Shown here: piece by piece, positions 55,151 to 64,000 of the stretch
Layout: every line of letters starts with the position of its first letter
Position numbering within the stretch: position 1 is the first letter of the stretch
Source of the DNA: an uncultured Planctomycetota bacterium
GTDB taxonomy: Bacteria; Planctomycetota; Planctomycetia; Isosphaerales; Isosphaeraceae
NCBI GenBank assembly: GCA_963737655.1
Contig: CAVTTN010000002.1
Coordinates: 896,001 to 960,000, forward strand
Direction: 5' to 3'
Length of the DNA stretch: 64,000 nucleotides
Program-made: the position numbers and the translations under genes
Notes under the pieces: model-generated
Told to the model about the DNA's origin: nothing
Seen by the model: the letters and a program-made list of their open reading frames with translations, nothing else
Databases searched by the model: none

Positions 55151-56596
55151 ATGGGGTTCGACCTCGGTCAGGCATTCAGCGACGTCGGGCATGCCTTCGG
55201 GGATGCGGCCGGCGCCATCGCGAAATTCGGCGAAGGCGCGGTGAAGGACCTGGAGAAGGTCGGCGGCGACATCGAACACGCCGCCGAGACGTTCGTCGAG
55301 GGCGTGGGCAACGTGCTGGCGGCGCCGTTCAAGGGGCCGGGCGGGTTCGTCGGCCTGCTCGTCACGGCCGCCGGGTTCGTGATCGAGGCGGCGACCGGGG
55401 CCGCGATCCCGGTCCTGGTGCTCGGCCTCGGGGCCGCCGCCGTGACCAACGCCCTGGTCAAGACCCGGCGGATGACGGCGGCCGAATATCGGTTCGCCCA
55501 GCGGGTCTTCGGCACCACCCTGCCCGACCCGTCGCGGATCGTCCTGACCAACATGACGGGCCTCGGCGGGAGGCCGTTCACCGTCCCCAACCTGGCCGGC
55601 GAGTTCGTCGTCAACCTCGGCGACGACGTCTACCCCGACCCGCCCAATCGCCGGAGGCCGGGCAAGAACGAGATCAACGGCGAGCTGTTCATCCACGAGC
55701 TGACCCACGCCTGGCAGATCCAATATCGCTCGATCGTGAGCGTCATCTGCGACTCGGTCCCCAACCAGTTCAAGTACTCGGTCCTGGGCGACAGGAGCGT
55801 CTACTACGCCACCGGCGGCGGCAAGGCGTTCGGTGACTACACCCTGGAGCAGGAGGCGACGATCGTCGAGTACTGGTACCGGGACGGGCTGCGAGTCTAC
55901 CACCCGTTCTACCGCTACATCGTCGATAACATCCTGGCGCGATCGCCGTTCGGCGCCTCGACCGACCGCGCCCAGGCCGGTTGGCAGTTGTGCAAGAAGT
56001 GCCAGATGTTGTTCTACGGCAGCAGTTCCGCGATGGGCGGCGTCTGCCCGGCGGACCGACGGCCGCACGACGGCGGCGGGAGCTCCGACTACCGCGTGCC
56101 GTACCCGACCCTCGACGTCGGCCCGTCGCTGGACGGCTGGCACTGGTGCCGCAAGTGCGGCGGCCTATTCTACAACACCGGCAGCGGCACGGGCGGCGTC
56201 TGCGCCGTGGACAACAACGTGAGGACGGCCTCGGGTTCCGTCCAGATCGATCCCAGGACCGGGAAACAGATCATCGGCAGCTTCAGCCAGTCGGCCCCGG
56301 CCCAGGGGCACGTGGCGGCGGCCAACCCCTATCGGCTCCCGCTGTACCGCCACGACCCGGTGACGGTCAAGACGACCTGGCCCAACGGGTTCCTCGGCGG
56401 GGGCATCGGCTACACCATCGACTACAACGACGGCGGCCAGGCGAACTGGCGCTGGTGCCACAAGTGCCAGGCCATGTTCTTCACCGGCGGCATGGTGCAG
56501 AACGGCGTCTGCCCGCAAGGGGGCCCCCACGACAGCACCGGCAGCCTGAGTTACCTGATGTTCAACACGGACAGCTTCTCCGACGGCCTGCGCTGA
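55151..56596 (+). CDS. HExxH metallopeptidase-like protein with three Cys/His repeats
   Basis: GGAGGAG RBS; FIHELTHAWQ and EQEA; three W-x-x-C-x-K-C-x2-[LM]F...C...H repeats. Confidence 0.8.
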   Translation: MGFDLGQAFSDVGHAFGDAAGAIAKFGEGAVKDLEKVGGDIEHAAETFVEGVGNVLAAPFKGPGGFVGLLVTAAGFVIEAATGAAIPVLVLGLGAAAVTNALVKTRRMTAAEYRFAQRVFGTTLPDPSRIVLTNMTGLGGRPFTVPNLAGEFVVNLGDDVYPDPPNRRRPGKNEINGELFIHELTHAWQIQYRSIVSVICDSVPNQFKYSVLGDRSVYYATGGGKAFGDYTLEQEATIVEYWYRDGLRVYHPFYRYIVDNILARSPFGASTDRAQAGWQLCKKCQMLFYGSSSAMGGVCPADRRPHDGGGSSDYRVPYPTLDVGPSLDGWHWCRKCGGLFYNTGSGTGGVCAVDNNVRTASGSVQIDPRTGKQIIGSFSQSAPAQGHVAAANPYRLPLYRHDPVTVKTTWPNGFLGGGIGYTIDYNDGGQANWRWCHKCQAMFFTGGMVQNGVCPQGGPHDSTGSLSYLMFNTDSFSDGLR

Positions 56597-56675
56597 GGCC
56601 CGGCGTCGGGGAGTCTCCGCGGTCGCCCGGCGAATCCATCCGGGTGGGCGGACCCCTTCGGGCCGGGCCCCGAAT

Positions 56676-57929
56676 TTACCTTCGGACCGAGATCGACGGC
56701 CCGGGCCCGACCCATCCCTGGGGGCTGGGGCGGACGGGCCAGACGCTGGTGACCCCGGGCTGGCGGCGGTCGAGCCAGTCGACGACGGCGGGGAAGACCT
56801 CGGCCGGGGCGTATCGGCTCCAGACGAGGTCGCAGTGGCCGTAGTCGTCGGCGTGGCCGTCCTGCTTGCCGAACCTCAGGAGGGTCTTGTCCTGGCTGCT
56901 GGTGGCGTTGAAGGTGAGGAGCGTGGAGGGGATGTCGGACATCACGTCCCCTTCGCCGGCGATCATCAGCAGGGGGACGGCGACTTTGGGCAGCATCGCG
57001 GCGTAGTCGGTCCGGCGATCGGCCGAGACGAAGTGGCCGTGCTGGAGGTACGGGTCGAGCTGCTTCAGGGCCCCTCGGCCGGGGTTCTCCAGGGTGTAGC
57101 CGTAGAAGCGATCGATGGTGCGGTCGTTGACGTTCTCGGCCGTGTAATAGAAGCCGTCGATGGTGGAGAGCCCCGGCGGCCTTCCGTACATCATCGGCCG
57201 CGCGAGGCGGCCGGTGCTGACGACGTGGAGCATCGTCCTCAGGGCGCGATTGGCCAGGAGCATGCTCGACTGGGGAGCCTCGGCCTGGATGACCGTGGAG
57301 CCCATCCCCACGAAGTTGGCCACCCTCCAGGCGTCGGGCTGGGTCTCCAGATACGCGAACATCAACATGCCGCCGAGGCTGTGGCCGACCCAGTTCACGC
57401 GGTCCTGCCCGGTCTCCTCGCGGACGTGGCGGAGGATCGCCGCGACGTCGTGCTTGACGATGTCATCGACGTTCCATCGCCCCTCGCCGACCTCCAGGAA
57501 CGGCGTCTGGCGCAAGGCGGCGTTGACCTTGCCGATCGCGCCGACCTTCTGGCTGGCGCCCGAGCCGCGAAGGTCGCAGATGAAGACGTCGTAGCCCCGG
57601 GCGGCGAGCTGCTCCGCCAGGTGGCTGTCGGTGATCGTCCAGAAGGTGCCGTTGAGGCCCAGGCCGTGGCAGAGGACCACCGGGAGCTTGCCCGGGTCGA
57701 GCTTCGCGGGGCGGACCCGGCGGATGCCGATCCTCCAGCCGTCGTCGGTCAGGGCGAAGGATTCGGCGCAGGGCCGGTGGTACGGGTCGGTGGCCTTGCA
57801 CCTCATGGAGGCGCAGCCGGGCAGGGCCGCCAGGGTGAAGATGGCGGGGGCCAGGAGTCGGAAGATCCGCGAACCGTCCCGCGTCGGCATCGGCCGGGGA
57901 GTCCTTCCCTTGCCCTGCTCGGAGCCCAC
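56676..57929 (-). CDS. Alpha/beta hydrolase (lipase-like), probable lipoprotein; start may be ~57890
   Basis: LAALPGC lipobox; CHGLG, DLRGSG, GHSLGG, GEGD, YGHCDL. Confidence 0.88.
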   Translation of the reverse strand: MGSEQGKGRTPRPMPTRDGSRIFRLLAPAIFTLAALPGCASMRCKATDPYHRPCAESFALTDDGWRIGIRRVRPAKLDPGKLPVVLCHGLGLNGTFWTITDSHLAEQLAARGYDVFICDLRGSGASQKVGAIGKVNAALRQTPFLEVGEGRWNVDDIVKHDVAAILRHVREETGQDRVNWVGHSLGGMLMFAYLETQPDAWRVANFVGMGSTVIQAEAPQSSMLLANRALRTMLHVVSTGRLARPMMYGRPPGLSTIDGFYYTAENVNDRTIDRFYGYTLENPGRGALKQLDPYLQHGHFVSADRRTDYAAMLPKVAVPLLMIAGEGDVMSDIPSTLLTFNATSSQDKTLLRFGKQDGHADDYGHCDLVWSRYAPAEVFPAVVDWLDRRQPGVTSVWPVRPSPQGWVGPGPSISVRR

Positions 57930-58512
57930 CCTCGCCGTCGGCGCCGTCCGTGACGCCGGGCCGGGTCGGGCCTCGTCCGGGGAGTGTATCGGAACGCCCC
58001 AGGCGCGGGAACGCGAGTTCCCGCAAACCCGCCCCTCGCCATCGCTCCGACCCTCTATCGGCCGGCGCAGGCTCGGGGCTTTGGCGGAGGCGAGGCAAGA
58101 CCGGGCGATTCGCGAGGCCGACGGCCGGCCGTCCTCAGTCGAACGGCGACCTCAGCTCGGGAGAGCCGGATCGATCCAGGGCGAAGCCCAGGCCGGTCGA
58201 GAGGCCGATCAGGCTCGAAAGGCCGCCGATCACCACCGAGAACGCCGCCAGGGCCGCGCCATGATCGGCCATCCGGTCGAAGAGTCGCATCTCTCACCTC
58301 AATCGCGAACGATAGACGTTGCGTGAATGCGCGGTGTCTTGCATGGCACCGTCCATTGCGAAAACGGTGCCGACCTGATTCCTTCCGGCAATCCTAGGCC
58401 ACGCGATGGAGAGGTGTCCAAGGGTGTCGTGTGCCCTGATGCTTTCGAACGGCCCGCGGCGTACAATCGGCTTCGGAGATCTCAGATCGGGTCGTCAGGG
58501 GGCGCCTCCGCG

Positions 58513-58992
58513 ATGAGCTTGACCGTGAAGAGTCCCGCGTTTCTCGAGGGGCATCCCATTCCCGCCCGCCACACCGAGGACGGCGAGGACGTCTCGCCCG
58601 CCCTGTCCTGGACGACCCCGCCGAAGGGGGCCGTCGAATTCGCGCTGATCGTGGACGATCCCGACGCGCCCGGCGAGGACCCGTGGGTCCACTGGATCCT
58701 CGCCCGGATTCCGGCGACCCGCGACGCGCTGCCCGAAGGGTTCGGCCGATCGGGACGACCGGCCGACGTCCCGGCGGGGCTCGTCGAGGGCAAGACGAGC
58801 TGGGGGACGGTCGGCTATCGAGGCCCCGCGCCGCCTCCGGGCCACGGCGTCCACCACTACCACTTCAAGCTCTACGCGCTGGACGCCTCCCTGGACATCC
58901 CCCCGGGCATCGCCAAGCACGACCTCCTGGAGATGCTCTCCGGGCACGTCCTGTCGCGAGGGGAACTCGTCGGGACCTATAAACGTCCGTAG
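58513..58992 (+). CDS. YbhB/YbcL family (PEBP / Raf kinase inhibitor-like) protein
   Basis: DVSPALSW, DDPDAP..WVHW, GYRGPAPP.GHG.HHYHFKLYALD. Confidence 0.92.
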   Translation: MSLTVKSPAFLEGHPIPARHTEDGEDVSPALSWTTPPKGAVEFALIVDDPDAPGEDPWVHWILARIPATRDALPEGFGRSGRPADVPAGLVEGKTSWGTVGYRGPAPPPGHGVHHYHFKLYALDASLDIPPGIAKHDLLEMLSGHVLSRGELVGTYKRP

Positions 58993-59016
58993 GGTCGGCT
59001 TCGCGCACGCTTCGGA

Positions 59017-60528
59017 ATGAGGTTGCCCATGTCCTCGGCCGACCCTTACGACGCGATCCCCTACGGGGCCGGGGCCCATGAGGATACGCATCCCTCGCGG
59101 ATCGCCGCGATGGCCCGGCTGTTCGGGGTCGAGACCGCGGCCGTGGCGACGTGTCGGTTCCTGGAGCTGGGCTGCGCCCGGGCGGCGAACCTGCTGCCCA
59201 TCGCCTCGGGCTTGCCCGGGGCCCGGGTCGTCGGCATCGACCGGACCGAGAGCCAGGTCAAGGACGGCCGGGAGCGGGCCGACCGCCTCGGCCTGACCAA
59301 CCTGGACCTCCGGGCGATGGACATCCTGGACGTGGACGATTCGCTCGGCTCGTTCGACTTCATCGTCTGCCACGGGGTCTATTCCTGGGTGCCGGACGCC
59401 GTCCGCGAGAAGCTCCTGGAAGTCTGCCGGGCCAACCTGGCCCCGGGGGGCGTGGCGTATGTGAGCTTCAACGCCTTTCCCGGATGGCACTTGCGGAATC
59501 TCTCGCGAGACGCCATGCGGTTCCACGCCGGAGCGATCGCCGACCCGGCCGCCCGCGCCCGGCAGGCCCGAGGGGTCCTGGATTTCCTCGCTCGGGCCGT
59601 CCGAGAGCCGGAATCCGCCTTCGGACGGGCGCTGGCCGAGGAAGCCGCCGGGATCGCCGGCTCGGAAGATTGGCTGATCCTCCACGATGGCCTCGCGGAC
59701 TTGAACCGCCCGGTCTACTTCTCCGAGTTCGTGGATCACGCCGGGGCCCACGGCCTGAAGTTCCTGGCCTCGGCCTACTTCCGCTCGCCTGACAACGGCG
59801 TCCCTCCGGCCGTCGAGGGCATCCTCGCCGGCCTCGCCCCGGACCGCCTCCGTCGCGAGCAGTACCTCGACTGGTTCACCGGGGCCGCGTTCCGCCGGCT
59901 GTTGCTCGTCGCCGACGACCAGCCCATCGACGAGGCGCCTTCGGCCCCGAGGGTCGTCGGCCTGACGGCCCGCCTCCGCGCCCGGCCGATCCGCGAGGCG
60001 CCCGACGTGGCCTCGGACGCCCCCGAGGAGTTCCGCTCGCCGCTGGGGGACTCCCTGACCACCTCGTCGCCACGGGTCAAGGCGGTCCTGACCGCCCTGT
60101 TCGAGGCCGGTCCGGCCGGCCTGGACGTTGCGGAGATCGACTCGGCCCTGGCGGCGAAGCTCGGGCCCGTGGCGACGGAAGACCGGCCGACGACCACCGA
60201 AATCCTCCTGGCCTCGGCCCGATCCAACCTGATCAGCCTCCATGCCCACCGGCCGGAGGTGGTCGCGACGGCCGGGCCGACCCCTCGGGCCGTCGCCTGG
60301 GCCCGGATTCAGCTCGAATCCGGCTCCGACGCCACCAACGCCTATCACGAGCAGATCGAACTCGGGGATTTCGACCGCCGGGCCCTCCTCCTGGCCGATG
60401 GCCGGACCCCCCGCTCGGAAATCGCCCCGAAGCTGGCCGAGGAAGGCCAGGCCCGGGCCGACGAGGCCGAGATGCTCCTGGACGAGGCCCTCGGCCGGCT
60501 CGCGGGCGCGGCGTTCCTGACCGGCTGA
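59017..60528 (+). CDS. Class I SAM methyltransferase with methyltransferase regulatory domain
   Basis: LELGCARAAN, FDFIVCHGVYSWV, L.PGGVAYVSFN..PGW, EQYLD. Confidence 0.88.
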   Translation: MRLPMSSADPYDAIPYGAGAHEDTHPSRIAAMARLFGVETAAVATCRFLELGCARAANLLPIASGLPGARVVGIDRTESQVKDGRERADRLGLTNLDLRAMDILDVDDSLGSFDFIVCHGVYSWVPDAVREKLLEVCRANLAPGGVAYVSFNAFPGWHLRNLSRDAMRFHAGAIADPAARARQARGVLDFLARAVREPESAFGRALAEEAAGIAGSEDWLILHDGLADLNRPVYFSEFVDHAGAHGLKFLASAYFRSPDNGVPPAVEGILAGLAPDRLRREQYLDWFTGAAFRRLLLVADDQPIDEAPSAPRVVGLTARLRARPIREAPDVASDAPEEFRSPLGDSLTTSSPRVKAVLTALFEAGPAGLDVAEIDSALAAKLGPVATEDRPTTTEILLASARSNLISLHAHRPEVVATAGPTPRAVAWARIQLESGSDATNAYHEQIELGDFDRRALLLADGRTPRSEIAPKLAEEGQARADEAEMLLDEALGRLAGAAFLTG

Positions 60529-60665
60529 GGTCGGCCGGCGGGCGCATCCACCCAAAAAATCATGGAAGCCCTGGCGACTTTCCCGGGAGATGTTCTAGGG
60601 TCTCCAGAGGGCCCCTGCGCCCGGGACGAGGAGGCGGTGGAACACCTCTCAGGGACGCCAGACCG

Positions 60666-62087
60666 ATGAGACTCCCCACGGGATTGGTCTGCTCCGAGTG
60701 CGGCCGGAGCGCGGAGACGAGCGACGAGGGGCGAGACGGGCAGCCCTGGGAATGCCCGAGGTGCGGCGCGGCGGTCGTGCCGTCGGACGAGACCACGAAG
60801 GACCGGCCTCCGCTGTCGCACACGCCGGCCTCGCTCGAATTGACGCCGAGGAGCGGCACCGGCTCGATCGAGGCCGGGGCGATCACCGGCCTCGGCCGGT
60901 TCCGGGTCCGCGACGTCCTGGGAGGCGGCGGGTTCGGCCAGGTCTTCCGCGCCTTCGACCCCCGCCTCGATCGCGACGTGGCCCTGAAGGTCCTCCGCGA
61001 CCCCAACCCGCCCCCCCGGGTCATCGAGCGGTTCTTCCGCGAGGCGAGGGCCGCCGCCGGGCTCGACCACCCTTATATCGTCGCGATCCATGACGCGGGC
61101 CGGGATGCCGGCCGGTGCTGGATCGCCTATCAATACGTCGCCGGACCGACCCTGGCGAGGCTCCGCGATGACGGGCCCCTGCCGATCCGCCGGGCCGTGG
61201 AGATCGTCCGGGCCCTGGCCGACGCGCTGGATCATGCCCACGGCCGGGGGGTCTTTCACCGCGACCTGAAGCCGGCCAACGTCCTGATCGACCTGACCGG
61301 CCGCCCCCGCCTGACCGACTTCGGCCTGGCCCGCCGGCTGGATCTCGACGCCACGCTGACGACCGACGGCGCGATCCTGGGGACGCCGGCCTACATGAGC
61401 CCGGAACAGGCCGCCGGCCGAAGCCACGAGGCGGATGCTCGGAGCGACATCTACAGCCTCGGCGTGATCTTCTACGAATTACTCTGCGGGCGAAAGCCGG
61501 CCGACCTGCCGAGCGGGGCGCCGTCGTGGAAGCTCGGGCCGTCGGCGACGATCGTCCCTCCTCGACGCCGGGACCGCTCGATCCCCCGGACCCTGGACCG
61601 CATCTGCCGGAAGGCCCTGGCCTTCGACCGGGCCGACCGCTACCCCGACGCCCGCTCGCTCTCCGCAGACCTCGGCCGATGGCTCGCCGGCCCATCTCCC
61701 GTGGTGAAGAGGGTCGGCAAGGCGGCTATCCTGGCCGCGACGTTCGTGGTCGCCGTGGTGGCGAGGGGGGCGATGCCGGCCGGCGCGAAGACTCCGGCTC
61801 CGTCGCCCTCGCCGGCCGGCGCGACCAGGGACGCCCCGAAGCCGGCCCCGACGGTCGAGGTCGCCGATGAGCCCCGGCCGGTCGTCGCGTCGTCCCCATT
61901 CGTGGGCAACTCGGCCTCGATGAGGGTCCACAACGAGCATTGCTCGTACATCGGCACGATGAACGACCGGAACCGGAGGCGATTCGCCAGCCTGGACGAC
62001 GCCCTCCGCGGCGGATACAAGCCGTGCAGCACGTGCCTCCGGCCCCTGATGGGTTCGGCCATCCGGGACGCCCACGCCGGGCCATGA
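60666..62087 (+). CDS. Hanks-type Ser/Thr kinase with N-terminal zinc ribbon, TM and C-terminal Ada-like Cys motif
   Basis: GGGGFG, VALK, HRDLKPAN, DFG, GTPAYMSPE, DIYSLG; CSEC / CPRC; H..HC...GYKPCSTC. Confidence 0.9.
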   Translation: MRLPTGLVCSECGRSAETSDEGRDGQPWECPRCGAAVVPSDETTKDRPPLSHTPASLELTPRSGTGSIEAGAITGLGRFRVRDVLGGGGFGQVFRAFDPRLDRDVALKVLRDPNPPPRVIERFFREARAAAGLDHPYIVAIHDAGRDAGRCWIAYQYVAGPTLARLRDDGPLPIRRAVEIVRALADALDHAHGRGVFHRDLKPANVLIDLTGRPRLTDFGLARRLDLDATLTTDGAILGTPAYMSPEQAAGRSHEADARSDIYSLGVIFYELLCGRKPADLPSGAPSWKLGPSATIVPPRRRDRSIPRTLDRICRKALAFDRADRYPDARSLSADLGRWLAGPSPVVKRVGKAAILAATFVVAVVARGAMPAGAKTPAPSPSPAGATRDAPKPAPTVEVADEPRPVVASSPFVGNSASMRVHNEHCSYIGTMNDRNRRRFASLDDALRGGYKPCSTCLRPLMGSAIRDAHAGP

Positions 62088-62117
62088 GCGCGTCGGGCTC
62101 AAGCGGGTTGACAGGAA

Positions 62118-62164
62118 GTTCCGGGCGGCATGCCCTCAGACGCCGTGGGCATGCCGCCCGGAAC
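62118..62164. terminator. Perfect 18-bp hairpin between convergent genes (possible bidirectional terminator)
   Basis: GTTCCGGGCGGCATGCCC (62118-62135) / GGGCATGCCGCCCGGAAC (62147-62164); no clear U-tract. Confidence 0.5.
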
Positions 62165-62244
62165 CCATCGTTCGCGGACCGATCCGGCGAGCCGGGGGCC
62201 GGAGAGTCCGGGCCCCGGGGTTCATGAAGGCGAAGACGCGAGGC

Positions 62245-62727
62245 TCACTTGGCCGGGGGAATCAGGACGGTGTCGATCACGTGGATCACGCCGTTGGTGC
62301 AGGCGATGTCCGTCTTGATGACCTTGGCCTTGCCGATCATGACCTTGCCGTCCTCGACCTTGATCGCGACGGTCTTGCCCTCGACCGTCTTGACGTTCTT
62401 GCCGTCGAGCTTGACGACGTCGGCGGCCATCGCCTTGGCCGGGATCACGTGGTACTTCAGGATGGCGATGAGCTTCTCCTTGTTCTCGGGCTTCAGGAGG
62501 GTCTCGACGGTCCCCTCGGGCAGCTTTTCGAACGCCTCGTCGTTCGGGGCCAGGACGGTGAACGGGCCGTCTCCCTTGAGGGTGTCCACCAGGTCGGCGG
62601 CCTTCACGGCGGCGACCAGGGTCTTGAACTTGCCGGCGGCCACGGCGGTGTCCACGATGTCCTTCTCGGCCGCGAAGGCGGGAGCGGCGAACGCCGCGAC
62701 GACGAAGAGAGCCAGAACCTTGCGCAT
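62245..62727 (-). CDS. Fasciclin (FAS1) domain protein
   Basis: Signal peptide; [30 protein letters not shown]. Confidence 0.93.
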   Translation of the reverse strand: MRKVLALFVVAAFAAPAFAAEKDIVDTAVAAGKFKTLVAAVKAADLVDTLKGDGPFTVLAPNDEAFEKLPEGTVETLLKPENKEKLIAILKYHVIPAKAMAADVVKLDGKNVKTVEGKTVAIKVEDGKVMIGKAKVIKTDIACTNGVIHVIDTVLIPPAK

Positions 62728-62917
62728 GGATGCGTCCTCCCCTGGCCGCGCGGAGGCCCCGCGCGGCGACCGAACTCCACCCCAAACCCAAGCCCTAGCT
62801 TGAGTTAAACGGAGTTCCTTGCGAGGCCGATTGTAGGCGAGGGCCCGCGCCCGGCCAGGGACTCGCCGAAATTTTTTTCGCGATCTCTTCGACGAGACGC
62901 GAGTCCGGCGCGCCGCC

Positions 62918-63136
62918 TCAGCCGCGCGAGGCGGCCTCGACGAACGCGCGGGTGAGGCCGATCAGGTCGTCGCACAGCGGCGAGAGGTCGGGGGCGGCTC
63001 CGCCGTCGGCCAGGGCCCGCAGCTGGTCGCGAAGGGCGTCCAGGGGCGGGTGGAGCTCGCGGGCCAGGAGGTCAAGAAGGGCGCGGCGGTCGGCGGCGGC
63101 GACCGGTCCCGGGTCGGGTGTCTCGCGAGAGGTCAT
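62918..63136 (-). CDS. Small helical protein resembling a degenerate HisKA/DHp hairpin
   Basis: [17 protein letters not shown]...[12 protein letters not shown]; directly downstream of the ANTAR regulator. Confidence 0.45.
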   Translation of the reverse strand: MTSRETPDPGPVAAADRRALLDLLARELHPPLDALRDQLRALADGGAAPDLSPLCDDLIGLTRAFVEAASRG

Positions 63137-63280
63137 GACATGCCGTCCCCCACGATCGGCCGGGCCGAGGCTCGCGGACGTCGGCCGAGGGGGGGATCGG
63201 CCGGGACCCGGGGCGAGTCCCGGCATCGATCGATCCCCGGGGGAGATCGAGCCTCCGAGCCTCTCGCCATCGATCGACGA

Positions 63281-63967
63281 TCAAAGATCCTCATCCTCGG
63301 GCGCCGAGCGATGCGAGGAGTGGCGAGAGATGGGGATCGGGCCGTGGCCTCGGGACTCGGGTGCCGGCGCCATCGGCGGGGCGCCCTCGAGCAGCTCGTC
63401 GGCCTGGACGATCGACTCGGCGAGCTTGGCCATCGGCATCCGCCGGTCCTGGCTCTGCCTCTGGAGGAAGCGGAAGGCCTCGGGCTCGCTCATGTTCCGC
63501 CGGGTCATCAGGATGCCCTTGGCCCTCTCGATCAGCTTGCGCTCGCGGAGGGTCAGCTCCAGCGCGGTCACGTTCTCGCGGAGGGTCTTGACCTCGCGGG
63601 CCCGGGCCACGGCCGTCTGGATGGCGGCGTGCAGGCTCGGGCTGGTCACCGGCTTGAGCATGTACTGGATCACGCCGTCCTGAACGGCCTGGTCCACGAG
63701 GTTGGGGTGGCCGTGGGCCGTCAGGATGATCACCGGAGTGCCCGGGTCCTGGGCGATCTGACGGGCGGCCGACAGGCCGTCCAGGCCGGGCATCTCGATG
63801 TCCATCATGACGATGTCGGGCAAGGTCCGGCGGCAGACCTCGATGGCCCTCTGGCCGTTGTCGACGACCGCGACCACGTCGTAGCCCAGGGCTTCGAGCT
63901 GGCCCTGGAGGCCGGCCGCCACGGGTTTCTCGTCGTCGGCGATCAGGATCTTGCAGAGACGATTCAT
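63281..63967 (-). CDS. ANTAR-domain response regulator (PdtaR-like)
   Basis: IADDE, MDIEMP, LTAH, KP receiver; ERKLIERAKGILM...EPEAFRFLQRQSQD ANTAR; GGAG RBS. Confidence 0.93.
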   Translation of the reverse strand: MNRLCKILIADDEKPVAAGLQGQLEALGYDVVAVVDNGQRAIEVCRRTLPDIVMMDIEMPGLDGLSAARQIAQDPGTPVIILTAHGHPNLVDQAVQDGVIQYMLKPVTSPSLHAAIQTAVARAREVKTLRENVTALELTLRERKLIERAKGILMTRRNMSEPEAFRFLQRQSQDRRMPMAKLAESIVQADELLEGAPPMAPAPESRGHGPIPISRHSSHRSAPEDEDL

Positions 63968-64000
63968 CGGGAGGGCTCCTCGCGCGGTCCGTCGCGGACG

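Overview
High-GC bacterial chromosomal window, most likely from a planctomycete. This is inferred from the DUF1559 prepilin-like gene, DUF1571, tandem Uma2 genes and the MoxR/vWA/prenyltransferase-repeat/NPCBM block. Main contents: (1) an IS4-family element with 13-bp TIRs and an 11-bp target duplication (841-2316); (2) a minus-strand lipid/polyketide-like cluster (4265-17440) of two FabZ-like dehydratases, a long ACP, a Cys-less chain-length-factor-like KS, an active KS, two hydrolases, a GH3 acyl-amido ligase and an atypical enolase-superfamily enzyme; (3) a ~19-kb plus-strand operon (20884-39598): propeller/TPR protein, MoxR, DUF58, vWA proteins, a coiled-coil membrane protein, an exported squalene-cyclase-like repeat protein and an NPCBM protein; (4) a DUF433/PIN toxin-antitoxin pair behind a perfect 44-bp inverted repeat; (5) a cobalamin riboswitch upstream of a DUF1559 gene and a PepSY-TM gene; (6) assorted enzymes and regulators. 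Several palindromic repeat families are present, including two 142-bp MITE-like elements with 9-bp target duplications and GTAG-type REPs that supply the TAG stop codon of at least four genes. About 15 single-base frameshifts in otherwise intact genes probably reflect long-read indel errors. Family assignments come from motif recognition by eye, not database searches.
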